From Basidiobolus meristosporus CBS 931.73 (Eukaryota; Fungi; Basidiobolomycota), in the NCBI GenBank assembly GCA_002104905.1, contig MCFE01000125.1, positions 62,001 through 126,000 of the forward strand: a stretch of 64,000 nucleotides of DNA, written 5' to 3'. Both the position numbers and the translations under genes were made by a program. Positions 13,770 through 26,910 of this stretch are shown piece after piece. Numbering within the stretch: position 1 is the first letter of the stretch; each line of letters opens with the position of its first letter. The notes beneath the pieces were generated by a model that was not told the origin of the DNA, ran no database searches, and saw nothing but the letters and a program-made list of their open reading frames with translations.

Positions 13770-14080
13770 CATCCTCACTTGACATCCTTGACCTTTCATG
13801 ATCCAACCAAATCATGTTGGTGAAGAAATCCCAGTTCCTTCTAGAGTATTCTAATATATTCCAGCTACTTCTTGAATGCTCCAAGTCATCAATACACAAT
13901 GAAGTATCCTATAGAAGCTTCCCTTTGGAATGTATGTAGCTCAATACGGTATATAGCAATAGCATGTCACATGACTAGATGACCCTTAGCATATCCTCAT
14001 GTGATGTTTTAGTCTGTTCCTTACTATATCTATATCTTGGCACACTTACTGAGCCTTACCCCAGAGTTCCATCAGTATTA
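13770..14080 (+). repeat. Dispersed repeat (family D, probable gypsy LTR fragment), inverted relative to 18660-19010
   Basis: Shared blocks ccttgacctttcatgatc, atcatgttggtgaagaa, atgtagctcaatac and gcatgtcacatgac. Confidence 0.65.
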
Positions 14081-14399
14081 GTCCATGTCTCTGGGCATTC
14101 TTATTCTAAAAAAATGTTGGGTAGCCAGAAGAGTGCCAGCAAGGAACAAGCAGGCTAAAACAGATTCATTGGAGCAGCATTTATCAAAGAAAAAAGTAGT
14201 TCAATACAAGAAGCACTCAGACAATGTAGCAATGAAAGACCTGGCAGTGATAAAAGAAAGGGTAAAGGGGAAAGTCTACCCAAGCCAGTGACAAGGAAGC
14301 ATAATAAAAAGTCTGCAGTTCTTGGCAATAAACATCATAAGCCCCAAACAGACTGAATCCCATCATAGCCAAGAAGAATTACAAACAAGAAAACAGCTG

Positions 14400-14759
14400 T
14401 TCAAAAAGCACACCACACCCAACCAATCAAGGATCAATATTCTGAAGCCTGTGTGACACAAGGATACCATATATGGTATGTAAATGGCCAGGATGGTAAA
14501 GTACTCTGGTCATGTGTTAAAAGTACTGGCATGGGTACCTACCTAAGACAGAAGCACTCACATCAAATAATCTTACATAAAGTGAGGGATAACTTATGCA
14601 ATAGGGTAAGCAGGTGTGATAGTCAGCTGGCTTATGGGATAGTACTGTACAAGTAAGTCAAACAAGATAAAAGTAATATAAGGGTAGTAGAAAAATTGGG
14701 AAGTAGAAAATATGGGAATGAGCACATCTATCAGTGGGTGTCACTGTGACCCTACTCCA
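14400..14759 (-). repeat. 5' part of a family-C LTR, inverted
   Basis: Reverse complement reads ...AGTAGGGTCACAGTGACACCCACTGATAGATGTGCTCATTCCC, matching the starts at 16442, 21330 and 27917. Confidence 0.8.
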
Positions 14760-15900
14760 ATGTCTGCAATTATTTCAACTGTATATCAGTAAGCTATATT
14801 ATCTAGGCCACTTTCTTTTGCTCCACATATGAAATGAGGTCTAAAATATATGCTTAGTTCAAACATGAGATGTTATATTTCTGCCTGATTGTGTACATCC
14901 TTGATTATCTTGAAATAAAGTAATAGGCATTTTTTGGCGTAAACATAGGTCTTTAAAGAGCTTTCTTAATCACCTTGTCTCACAGGTGCCCTATAATCTG
15001 CCTCTATGGGAGAAAGTGCGATGGTCAGCTGCTTTTGCAAATTAAATCAAATTACTCCTTTACAGTAGAAAAATGTGTATTCTGTGGTGCAGATACCTAA
15101 AGGGAACTGCTGCTATCTGCTTTAGGTATAGCTATAAATGTTCCAAACAAGATCTTGTTGGATACTCTGGTGCAAGTTGGGACAAAATTTTGAAGACAGA
15201 ATATCCAACACAGAATTCATCTTTATTTACTGTAATGGAGGAATTTCTTGGAATTCAAGAAAGCAACCAAGTGTAGCACTTTCTAGCACAAGGACATATG
15301 GCAGCCTGTGAAGCTATAGAAAAAGCAATGTGGTAAAGGAAGCTTTTTAAAATTCAGGCCTATGTCAAAACCACCTGTTACTTTATTTCAAGATAATTAA
15401 GGATTAATAAAATTAGGTAGAAATCCAACTTTTCATGCTAGAACTAAGCATATAGATATTAGACACAATTTCATATGTAATGCTTTAAAGAGTAACAAAG
15501 TTAACCTAGCTGACTGTTCTTTGGATGAAGTGATTGCAGACATATTTACCATAACATTAGCCAGAGACAGATTTGAATATCTTGGGTCAAAATTAGTACT
15601 AGTCAATTTGAACATTTAGTTGAGTGGGAGTGTAGTAAAAATTTGTAATTCAACCTAAATATCTGCCTAGCAAGGTCACTTAGATCATTACCTAAAATCT
15701 TAGAGAATACTGATCAAATTCCTTGTTGTGATTTGGTTGGAATACTTTCACCAAAATATTAGGTGCCCCTAACATAAAAATTTGATAAGCTGTCCAAACA
15801 GCCCCAAACTTTGCACCCATATTCTTAAGACCCTCTCAAACCTCTCCTATGTACCTCTTATGCCCAGACCATGTAAGGTATAGGTATGGAGAAGAGCCAA
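14760..15900. mobile_element. Copia RNase H remnants on both strands plus a partial 3' LTR (from 15631)
   Basis: DLVGYS..SW and xQDNxG/HIDIR-type motifs; PPT TTGAGTGGGAG followed by TGTAGTAAAAA. Confidence 0.75.
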
Positions 15901-16441
15901 ATTGCCTCTATTTTGCCAAGTGTAAAGGTTAGGATGCCAAACACAATTCCTGGGAACCATACACCATTGTTGATGATGCTACCATTTTTGATCTGTATTG
16001 GAGATGCAGGGCAGCCCAGAAATTATCAATACTTTATAACTTAGCATATTTTACACCAATGGCAAATCTATCTCTCTAAGTGATTTTCCTAACCTGAACA
16101 TAACTAATTTCAGTTACAGTTTACTTTATCATGTCTCAGAACCTATTTTTAGCTGTACATATGATCCATTTGCATAGGGTCATTAGACCATCAACTGCTC
16201 TGCCAAGCCTTTCCAAGTGATTAGTCCCTTAAGATCTATCTAAACACTTGGCAGTTGCCAAGATATCAGTTGATTAATAATGCAATTCTCATTTGTCTAC
16301 TACACCCATCAACACAAAAGTGGATCTCAATTAATCTGGTGTCTTGGCCTTTACTAATTAAACTTTATTAGAAAAGTATAATTAGAGTTTCCAGAACCAT
16401 TAGTTTAGAGTCCCTGTAAATAATAATTGTGATGATCCTGT

Positions 16442-17384
16442 TGTAGTGGGGTCACAGTGACACCCACTGACAGATAGGCCTACTCCCATATTTCTATGTA
16501 TGATTACTAGATGTAAGTCCTTCTATATTAGGCAAGTACCTCCACCAGGACTTATAGCATTTGATTAAATGGTGTCACAATCCCTACCATCTTCATTTCA
16601 TATATGGAATACCTATGTTGCACAGGTCTTAGAATACCAATCCTGGTTGGTTGGATATGCTGTGTCTCTTAAAACCTTCCAGCATCTACTTAGGTCATTC
16701 TTAGCTCATTCTGATGAGATTGAGATTTCTATGGATCTCCAAAACCTTCTGGAACACCATGATTTGTGATTACTTAACTATTGTAAAATTTATACAAGGG
16801 GGGCAATTCCTTAGCAATAAATCATCATCCCTTTTGTCAACAAACTGACTTGTAGATTAGTGTGATCACTGCTACCTGCTGCTACCAAAACTTCCAGTCC
16901 CAGACCACAGGACACTCCCAAGAAACCGCACTGATGGCCATCTAATCTTGGAGGCACCATTTGTGAGGAATACTCAGAGTTGGAATCTTTTATTATATTT
17001 TATTTTTTCCTAAGGTTGGTCTTGTACAGGAAAAGATAGCTCTCTGTCATTGTAACTGTTGACAACAGCTGCAATTTAATCAAGTCCCTGCTGGCAAAGT
17101 CTACAGTTACTCTGATCTTGGGAACTCTAGCACATTGTCATCTCAAAGGATGCTGCTCCCAGCAGATACTTTGATTAAGATGCCCACTAAGTTGGGGATT
17201 GTAGCTGAATAGCTTTACCTTGACAAGCTTTTGACTTTATTCCCCTCCATGTTAGAGTAGAAAGAGAACCCAAGTGTTCCAAACAAGCTGTTGCCAGAGG
17301 TTTTTGCACCCAGTGAACACCCCACGCACAAAATACTTGAGAAGTGTTGGATGTATCTCTCCCTTGGACTTATGCCTCACCACA
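16442..17384 (+). repeat. Solo gypsy-type LTR (family C)
   Basis: TGTAGTGGGG...CACCACA; flanks CTGT/CCAT, both derivable from CCGT. Confidence 0.88.
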
Positions 17385-18169
17385 CCATCAAAAGATCATC
17401 ACATGATTAAAGTCCTGTGACTACAAGGTATTGATCCTATCAGGACACCATGCAAGCACTGTTGACAAATAATTGCCCCCCAGATTTTGCAAAAAACTGA
17501 GTCAAAACTCATCACCACAACAATACAACAGTGGCATCTGAATGGTCCCCTGCCAATTCTCTCACTTTTTGATCCTGTACACCTAATCAGCTCCTGCACT
17601 TGTGTCCAATGATTAGCTATTGGCTCATTCTCATACTCCTTACTTCCTGACTCAACCAATTCTCTTACTTTGCACACATACAAGTTGCTTTACTTGTGTT
17701 GAAACTTCAGTTGTACTCTAATTGCCAATTATATTGACTTATACAAGTCCCTATACCCACCACTAACACTAGGCCAAGCCCCATACTCAACAAGCAACTC
17801 CATAAAAATCTATCATTCAATAAGAACTTATGCTGCAATGTCCCGTTTTCCATGACTTTTGTAGGAGCCCTGTGGCTTTATGCCACTGCTTACTCACTGG
17901 TTCCTATACATCCTGGTCTTCAGCCAGCACTGCAAGGTCTAGCACCTCATCTGCCAGTCTTAGTAGTAAGTCCTTGCAATATTAAAGTGTGTTTTCTTAA
18001 GCACTGCTCCTGAAGAAGTGCTGTAAATGCTTGGTGTTCCTATCATTATTCAAAAATCCACTGTAGGCATTGTCATAGACTTTTAGTGCTTGATGTTGTT
18101 GCTTTGTCTGTCAGTGTGATCTCCACTCTGCCTACAGTGGAGGGTGTGGAGGTAGTGTTATTAATAGAT

Positions 18170-19010
18170 CTAAGGCAGAAGAGTAGAGATGGGCTAGGGA
18201 GGACCAGGAAAGGACTTGGGTGCATATCAATAAGGCAAGGCTAGTTATTCATGACCAATATTTATCAGACTGAAGAGCATATAAAGGGGGATAGAACTGT
18301 TGTAAAAATATGTAATTCCACCTAAATATTTGGCTAACTTAGTCACTTAAATCAATACCTTCCAATCCTAGCAAATACCGACCAGATTCCTTGTTGGGAT
18401 TTACTTGGAATATTCTCACCAAAATACCAGGTACCCAAAACATAAAATTCTCTAAGTTGTCCATACAGCCCCAAACTTTGCACACATGCACTTGGGACCT
18501 TCCTAAGCCTATTCTACATGTTTGTTATGCCAATACCAAGTAAATTTGTAAATACTACTTTAACATTGATAAATAATTAAGTGAAACCACATAATCTACT
18601 TGTTCTCGCAATCACTTTCAATATTGCCAAGACTGTTACAACAGGAAATTTATATACTTCTGGCAATATGGATGCCCAGGGATGTAGGCTAATACTTATG
18701 GAGCTCTGGGGTGAGGCACAGCAACTGTTCTAAGATAAAAATATACTGAAGAACATACTAGAACATCACATGTGGATATGTCAAGGGTCAGCTGATCATG
18801 TGACTAGGTCATGTGACATGCAGTGCCCATATATGGTATTGAGCTACATAAACTTCAAAGGGAAGCTTCCATAAAATATTTCATTGTGTATTGTTGACTT
18901 GGAGCTCTCCAAGAGTTGCTAAAATGTAGTAGAGCTCTCCAGAAAGAACTGGGAATTCTTCACCAACATGATATGGCCAGATCATGAAAGGTCAAGGATT
19001 TCTTGTGATT
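18170..19010 (+). mobile_element. Gypsy 3' fragment: chromodomain-like remnant, PPT and LTR D, interrupted by a copia solo LTR
   Basis: Frame RWAREDQERTWVHINK..DQYLSD* resembles the WxG...ExTW half of a chromodomain; PPT AAAGGGGGA at ~18283-18291. Confidence 0.45.
18298..18643 (+). repeat. Copia solo LTR (main ~348-bp family)
   Basis: TGTTGTAAAAA...GTTACAACA; aligns with 32586-32934; flanks AGAAC/GGAAA. Confidence 0.85.
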
Positions 19011-21329
19011 ATAAAAGGTGATAGCAGATAAATTGACATTTTCTGCAAACTCATCTACCTCACTGGAGTCCAGCTCCACTGGCTGCACCTCCAACACTTG
19101 AGAAAACAACTAATGTCTTATTGGTATTCTTCTGGGCTATGATGGGACTCAGCCTGTTCTGGGATGACAGCATTAATTGCTGAGAACTGCTGCTTTTTCC
19201 TCAGGCTCCCTGTCTCTGACTTTGGAAGACCTTTTTCTCTTTACCTTTATCTTTATCCCTATGAAAAACTATTGAGATGATCCCATCAAAAGGCCTTTGC
19301 AAAGTTAATGTCCCATGACTAAGAGGTTCTGATCTTGTCAGGACACTGTCCAGAGACCAATGAAAAGTAATTGCACCCCAGATTTCACAAAAAACTTTGT
19401 CAAAATTTTTCATCACAACAATGTATAAGTGTCTTTTGATTGGTTCCCTACCAATTTGCTGACTTTCTGATCCCAGACACTCTATTGCCTCCTACCTTTG
19501 TGTGAGTTAATTGGCTATTGCCTCTTTTCCACACTCCTTACTTCCTGCCTCAATCATTTCTCTTACTTTTCATGCATACAAATTGATTTATTTCCATTGA
19601 AACTTCAGTTGTACCTCAATTGCCAATTGTATAGACCTATACAAGTCTCTATACCCTACACTAACATTAAGCCCAACCCCACACTCAACAAGTAACTCCA
19701 TTAAAATCCACCACTCAATAAGTATTTCTGTTGTAATGCTCTGGTTCCATCACTTTGGCAGGAACCCAACGGCTTTATGCCACTGTTCATTCACTGGTTC
19801 CCACACATCCTGGTCTTCAGCCAGCACTGCCAGGTCTAGTGCCTCATCTGCCAGTCTTTGCAATAAATCCTTGCAATATTCCAGTGTATTTTCTTGAGCA
19901 CTGCTCCTGAAGAAGTGCTGCAACCTCTTGGTGTGCCTATTAATGTTCCAAAGCTCCACTGAAGGCTTTGTGATAGTCTTTTGAGCTCTTGATGTTGTAG
20001 GCTTGTCTGTCAGTGGGATCCCCACTCTTTCAACAATGGAGGCTGTGGAGGATGTGGATGCTTTGGTAGACAAATTGCTTTTTTCAGCAAACTCATCTAC
20101 CTTGGTGGAGTGTAGCAGAACCAGCTGTGCTTCCAACTCTTGTGAAAACAGCTGTTTTCTTGTTAGTAATTCTTCTTGGCTATGATGGGATTCAGTCTGT
20201 TCCCAGCTTGTGGTGTTAATTGGTGAGAACTGCAGTTTTTTCTGCATGCCTCCCTGTCTCAGGCTTGGGTAGATATTTTTCCCTTTACCTTTTCCTTTAT
20301 CACTGCCAGGTCTTTCACTGCTACATTGTCTGAGTGCTTCTTGTAAAGAACTACATTTTCTCCTGGATAAATTGTGCTCTGATGCATCTGTTTTGGCCTG
20401 CTTGTCTCTTGCTGGTACTCTTCTGGCAACCTGTGTTTCTTTTCAGCTTGTTTTCAGCTCTCTACCATAGTTGTGACAGGCTCCAGTAACAGCAGCTGGT
20501 TTTTATCACTGCCAGGCCCTTCACTGCTACTTTGACTGGGTGCTTCTTGAGTGGTACTATGCTTTTTCCTTGATAAATGTTGTGCTTGTGCATCCATGAC
20601 TGCCTGCTTGGCCCTGCTTGTAACATGCTAGACTTCTGACAGTCTCTTGTATGTTAGCCCACTCTTCATTCCTGCACTCAACAGCTTCACAGATCTTCAA
20701 TGTCTTTGGACTTTTAGGCTTTGGTATAAACACCGCATTGTCTCCCTCCCACACTGTGATAGGTTTTTCTGTGGGCTTTATCTTTGGACACAGTTGTTGT
20801 GCTTCAAAGACTGTACAGTGTTCCTCTACTGTTACATTGGGAAATGGCTCAATTCTTGGCTGTGACATTGAGCTACTTGAGTTCCTTCTTTGCAGCAAAG
20901 ACATTGCTTTCTCTACCTGGGATATTGATTGCTCTACATGTATTATCCACTCATCCTGTTTCTGGACTACTTCCTGATTTGTCTGGGCCATTGCATCTAT
21001 ACTATCAGTCACTGCACCTAATTGCTTCATTAATGCTTTGGTATGAGCTGACAACATACTTGCTAATATGGGTGGTGGTGATGTTTTCATGGCCACTTGC
21101 TGATCTTCAACTGAGGGTATTGCGTTTGCTACATTTTCATCTGCCTGCACATAATGGTCAGCTTGTGGCTCCACAGAAGTTCTCAATTGCCTACTTGACT
21201 GAGAGCCTGAGGAGTCCACATTATTACCTTCAATGTGCACACTCTCCACAGGGCCTTTTTTGGATGTAGCCCCACTTGTTACACTGAATGTCAAAGCAAG
21301 CTGTTGTCCAACCATTCTTCTGTTGCCAT

Positions 21330-23217
21330 TGTAGTGGGGTGACAGTGACACCCATTGACAGATGTGCTCATTCCCTCATTTTCCACTTCCCTATATCTCT
21401 ACTACATTGATTTTAGTTTTATCCCATTTGTTCTACCCAATCAGTACTATCCCATAAGCCAGTTGACTACAACACCTGCTTACCTTATTGCATAAGTTAC
21501 CCCTCACTTTATGTAGATTACTAGCTATAAGTGCTTCTATATTAGGCAAGTACCTGTGCCAGTACCTGTGACACATGATCAACCCATGTCACCATCCCTA
21601 CCATTTCCATACCATATATGGTATCCCTATGTTACACAGGTTTCAGAATACTGATTCCAGATTGGTTGGATGTGCTGTGCCTCTTAGAACCTTCCGGTGT
21701 GGTGGTGTAGAGGTACTCCTGGGAGAAGCTACACAACTCAAGGTGTGTGAGGTGTCTGATGGGTGCAATAACCTCTGTGTCTAAACTGCTGGTGTCTTTG
21801 TCAATATGTTACTATGGTAAAAGCTCCTGCTTCTCTAGCTTCCTAGGTGCTCCAAGTGTCTCCAAAGGCCTCTGTGTGTCTTGTGCACTACCCTGAAAAG
21901 CTCCTTGATGGCAGGTCTGAGATGTACTGTTGAAGGCAGGTGCAGTGATCAACTGCTAATCAATAAGGTAGAAGTGTTACTGATAGAAGGGATGATTTAT
22001 TGATGAGGGATTGCTTTCCCTTAAATACTTTTCCTGATTGCCAAGTGATTACTAATGACAAGGTTCTAGAAGATTCTAGGTATCAGTGGAATTCTTGATG
22101 ACATCACTATGAGCTAAAAATATGCCAAGAATGTCCTGGAAGGTTCTAAAAGGCACAGCACTCTCAACCAATCAGGAATCAGTAGTCTGAAACCTGTGCA
22201 ACATAGAAATACCATATATGGTATTGAAATGGTAGAGATGGTAACACAGACCTTGGTCATGTGTCACGGGTACTGACGCGGGTACTTGCCTTATATAGAT
22301 ACATCTACTGATCACAAAGCTGAATAACATCTGGGATAACTAATGCTAATAACTAATCAGGGTAAACATCATATGGGGATAATACTGATAATATGGGCAA
22401 AAGAAGAATGGGATAATACTGATAAGATAAAATATGGATAAGTATATCATAATGACTATATGAATAAACTTGTCTGTGGGAGGTATGTTTACCCTACCAC
22501 ACCGGCACCTACTTAGAGCATTTGTAGGTCATTCTGATGTCATTAAGATTTCTATTGATATCCGGAACCTTCTGGAGCACCATGATTAGTAATCACTTAG
22601 CCAGTGAGAAAGGTGTATAAGGGAGGCTATCCCTCAACAATAAATCATCATCCCTTTTGTCAACAAACTGACTTGTAGATTAGTGTAATCACTGCTACCT
22701 GCTGCTACCTAAGCTTCCAACCCCAGACCACAGGACACTCCCAGGAAACTGCGCTGACAGCCAACTGACCTTGGAGGCACTACTTGTGAGGAATACTCAG
22801 AGTAGGTATCTTTTATTATATTTGATTCTTTCCCAAGTTTGTTTTTGTACAGGCAAAGATACTTTTCTGTCTTTGTAACTATTGACCACAGCTGCATTCT
22901 TATCAAGTCCCTGCTGGTGGAGTTTACAGTTGTTTTGACTTTGGAAGCTTTAGTACATTGTCATCTCAAAGGACGCTGAACCCAGCACATACTTTTGTTA
23001 AGATGCCAAATAAGTTGGGGACTGTAGCTCAATAGTTTTCCCTTGACAAGCTTGTGGCTTTATTCCCCTTCACATCAGATTAGAGACAGAACCCAAGTAT
23101 TCCTAGCAAGCTTTTGCCAGAGGTTATTGCACCCAGTGAACACCCCACACACAAAACACTTGAGAAGTGTTGGACGTATCTCTCCCTTGGACTTATACAC
23201 CACCACACCATCAGCAG
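21330..23217 (+). repeat. Solo family-C LTR (~1080 bp) containing a nested solo LTR
   Basis: TGTAGTGGGG...CACCACA; TSD CCAT/CCAT. Confidence 0.88.
21698..22501 (-). repeat. 804-bp solo LTR of a related subfamily, nested and inverted
   Basis: TGTGGT...ACCACA termini; perfect CCGG TSD (21694-97 and 22502-05). The host LTR rejoins as at 28281-28290. Confidence 0.9.
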
Positions 23218-23395
23218 TGGGGTTTGGTTGAGAACCAGACAGCTTTGCTTTATTTGTTGGCAGCATATATATTGAAGTGAGTTGAACCAAAGGGGAAATA
23301 GTGTCACATATACATATGTATGTGGTGCCACAACCTTATTTATAATGCTTACTATGGCAGGCCATCATTGAATCTTACATTCATGTAGGTGCAAC

Positions 23396-24128
23396 AGACT
23401 TGTTCCATTGGATAGTGACACATTGAGCCATGAGTCCCAAATGATGCCATAGTGTGCCAGAGAGGTCAAGTGAGCCAATACTTGGCCACAGAGTGTGAAA
23501 CATAGCTCTGCATCTTCATGTAAAGCAGCCCCTGTGTTTCACCCATTGCGCAGGAGAAAATCCATTTTTTGACCTTTTTTTGTGGATCAATGTAGCTCAG
23601 GATGTGTAAGAGCACAGGAGAACTGAAGATATGCATCTGGTACTCAATACCCATGGCACTCTGAATCTAGCTCCAGTAGCTTGTATCATGTCACAAAAAT
23701 GAATGGCACTACTTTGGTCCACTGGTACTATCTGGCACTATAAGTGCTTTGTATTGATCTTACTTTAGGGCTAATATTTAAATATAGTGCCAGATAGTAC
23801 CAGTGGACCAAAGTAGTGCCATTCATTTTTGTGACATGATACAAGCTACTGGAGCTAGATTCAGAGTGCCATGGGTATTGAGTACCAGATGCATATCTTC
23901 AATCTGCTTGTGCTCTGATACATCCTGCACAATATTGATCCAAAAAAAATGTCAAAAAATGGATTTTCTCCAACACAATGGGTGAAACACCAGGGCTGCT
24001 TTGCATGAAGATGTGGAGCTATGTCTCACACTCTGTGGCCAGGTAGAGGCTCAATTGGCCTCTCTGGCACACTATGGCATCATTTGGCACTCATGGCTCA
24101 GTGTGGCACTATCCAACGGAACAAGTCT
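23396..24128. mobile_element. 733-bp palindromic MITE, copy 2 (spacer inverted relative to copy 1)
   Basis: AGACTTGTTC...GAACAAGTCT; flanks AAC/AAT; lies between the ORF Z and transposase start codons. Confidence 0.9.
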
Positions 24129-24224
24129 AATGTCTCAGATACAAGACTGTCTTAAGTTCACATGAGTATTGACCAAAAAGTGATATAATAGCATTACATT
24201 GTTGAATGTCAAACTATTTGCCCC

Positions 24225-26910
24225 ATGGACAAGACTAATTTGACTCAACACTGTAAGAGAGGAGAAAAAAGACCATGTGGCTATGGTGGCAAGCCTCTTG
24301 GCCATGAAGCACACAGACAGCATAGGAAATATTACAAGGATCACAGCCAGTATTTTGCCACCTAAGTCATATTTGACCATTCATTGGTCACTACTGGACC
24401 AACATTATCTTGCTGGCCAGTTGATACTTCTATATTGGAACCTGGCTGTCTTTGTCACCTTGCGCAAACTGAGTCAGGTGAGTTTGTGATGCCTTTAGGC
24501 TCACCTCAGCCTTCTGAAGATGACACACAGAGTGATAGCTCTTACAAAGAAGGCTTGCTGATGGATTTTGAGCCTATCTCCCCTAACAACAGTACCACAT
24601 ATGAGCCCAGTCAAATCCATATATGCAATGAGACAACACCCATTGAAAGAAATACCAAGGAGGCTTTATGGAGCCAAGTGAGTCCAGTAATCCATCTACT
24701 GGTAAATGATGTAATGTTGCGGCTAGAGAAGTGGCAAGTTTCCACTAATATGAGTAATGGGGCTTTGAGGATTTATTACTACCTCATGCCAAAATCTTAC
24801 CGGGATGCAACTTACCATGTACATAGTACAAGTGGACAACTGTCATGCGGCTGGCAACATATGATCTAGAGACTGTCCTGATTCCATCATGTGTTAACAG
24901 TTGCATGGCATTCACATCCAAAAATGCTACCATTGCAATGTGTCCAAATTGTCAGAAATCCACCACCATTGAGGGAAAACATTGTCCACACTCCAGATAT
25001 ATTCTGGTCATACCCCATCTGAGGAAGCTGATGGAATCCAACAAATATTGCAAAGCTTACCTTACTGCACTCAGTATTAATCAAGCACAAACATATCCAA
25101 TATATTCAATGACAAACATGACAAACAGCTAAGAAGCAAGGGCCACTTTGAAGGTATATATGGCCATGCCTTTGCTTTAGCACTTGATGGATTCTCATTA
25201 AACAAATACGCTGCCAGCAAATTCTGCTGGCTACTGATTCTCATCAATCTGAATCTGCTGCCCATCTTATGGTATCAGAGCAATAATCTGATGGTAGTCT
25301 CACTGGTATCTGGGCCTAAATCACTGTCCAACCTGGATAGCTACCCATATCCATTGCTGGATGAATTTTGTACGCTTTTCAGCAGGATAACAGTAAATGG
25401 CTATATCATCATTCCACAGAGAGAATGTACATAAGTATGCATGCAATTGCAGCATAGTTGGCAAGCTATAAGCCATTGGCCTGAATATGGAATCAATTGG
25501 AAACCTGAGATACTTAAGATAGAGGGTATCTGTTGGAGCAAAGGCTTTCCACTGGAAGCAATGCATTTGCTTTTCAGCAATATTCTTACACTGATGACCA
25601 AGTTGTACATGGGGCATTTCTAGCTAAATGAGCCCTTCAAGATACCGGAGAAATTTGAAAAGATTGGCAAGGCATTATAGAGTACCTGCTACCCCAAGTA
25701 CTTCTCACAGGCTCCAATTAATATTGATATGCATATGCAACAATACAAATGCAAAGACTGGATGAACTGGATGTGTATTTATTCAAGTGGTGTTCTGAAG
25801 TCATTCCTACCAAGAGTACATTGGAAGCATTGGGAGTTGTATGTGGATATTGTAGTAATATTTATCCAGAAGCGGATCACCAATGCCAACTTGATGCATT
25901 TACAGCTGTTGTGTGAGGAGTTTGTGAAGGGATTTGAGCACCTATTCTGCAAACATAGAGCTCAGCATATGGATTTCTGCCACTACTGTATCCATATACT
26001 ACTCCATCTTGCTTAGCTATATTTAGCTATACTACAAACATAAAGCTGAAGGTGTAGATATTGGCTGCTACTGAATTCATTCTCTACACCATCTTGCATG
26101 GTGTGTAGAGAATATTGGCCCTTGCTTCACCTTTGGGAGTTTCCTATGGAGCAGAAGTGTGGGGAGATAGGAAGACAAGTCAAGTTGGAAGTACTACCAT
26201 ATCCCAATCTCCTCAAAAATATTACCTTCAAGTCCATCATAGATGTGATGAGTTGGCACATGGAGGACAGCCAGAAAGAGTTGGAAAACACTGAGGACAA
26301 ATGTGCACATGGAGACACCTATACCTTTGGCATTAAGAAGCTAAGCAGCCCCAATGCATGGGTAATCAGTTCAGTAATGCAAAGTTGGGTTGGGTGCAAT
26401 AAGCAACTTATTTTTATCAGGAAAACTCCACCAAGATATGCTGGATTTCTTGTGGTCACAGGCCAACTTCTACACCATTCAATACAGAATTCACACAAAC
26501 AAAAGCCAGAGCGCACCTATAAGGGGGACTAGAATCCAGCAGGGAGAAGGAATATAATGGCTAAATACCAAGAAGTTCTTTGCCAATATTCAGGAGATAT
26601 TCATGGCACAAGTGGCAGCATCCAAGCATATGTTTGCAAGATGTATATGCTACCAGCAGTACAAGGTATATGGCAACTTTGCAAGTATCACACTAAAAAG
26701 CTGTAAAGTTGAGGGGATAGAAGTATGTCTATTGTGGTTGGTATGTGCGTTTGTAAAGGTTAGTAAGCAGGAGGCCATAGTTTTTTTGATTCAAACTATA
26801 TGTGGAATACCCAAGGTAGTAGTGGGTAAGCAAATAAAGAAAGGTGACTCTACAGTGGAATATATGAATTGCACAAGGGGGGTAGAAAAAGGAAATACCA
26901 TTTGGTAAAT
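24225..26910 (+). pseudogene. CACTA/EnSpm (Tnp2-like) transposase of element B, disrupted
   Basis: CVNSCMAF..CPNC; ALDGFSL..WLLILINLNL..GP; HILLHLA; GP..HLWEFPMEQKCGEIG. Several stops, and an apparent deletion of the GHNG-CxxC block relative to copy A. Confidence 0.85.

Larger units (their letters stand above)
10990..14400. mobile_element. Fragmented third copy of the CACTA-like family (ORF Z pieces, transposase 5' end, left-end sequence), interrupted by LTR pieces
   Basis: 10990-11659(-) parallels ORF Z (starts MLPRNKARLS); 12680-13270 parallels 24462-25050; 13300-13640 parallels the left end at 19270-19620. Confidence 0.75.
19750..23276 (-). pseudogene. ORF Z: uncharacterised ~540-aa second ORF of the CACTA-like family, split by a solo LTR
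   Basis: Removing the LTR fuses MLPTNKAKLSGSQPNPTADG with NRRMVGQQL in frame. It continues through ORFs 20557-21351 and 19750-20247. The paralogue at 11659(-) has the same MLPxNKAxLS start. Confidence 0.65.

Noticed and set aside
14756-14763. ATGT flank as a further CpG-centred TSD
   Set aside because: The host is the copia IADI motif (GAC AT), so ATGT is probably ancestral, and the other LTR end is missing. Not counted as support.
15950-16410. Unassigned AT-rich segment
   Set aside because: No motif, ORF or repeat partner could be recognised.
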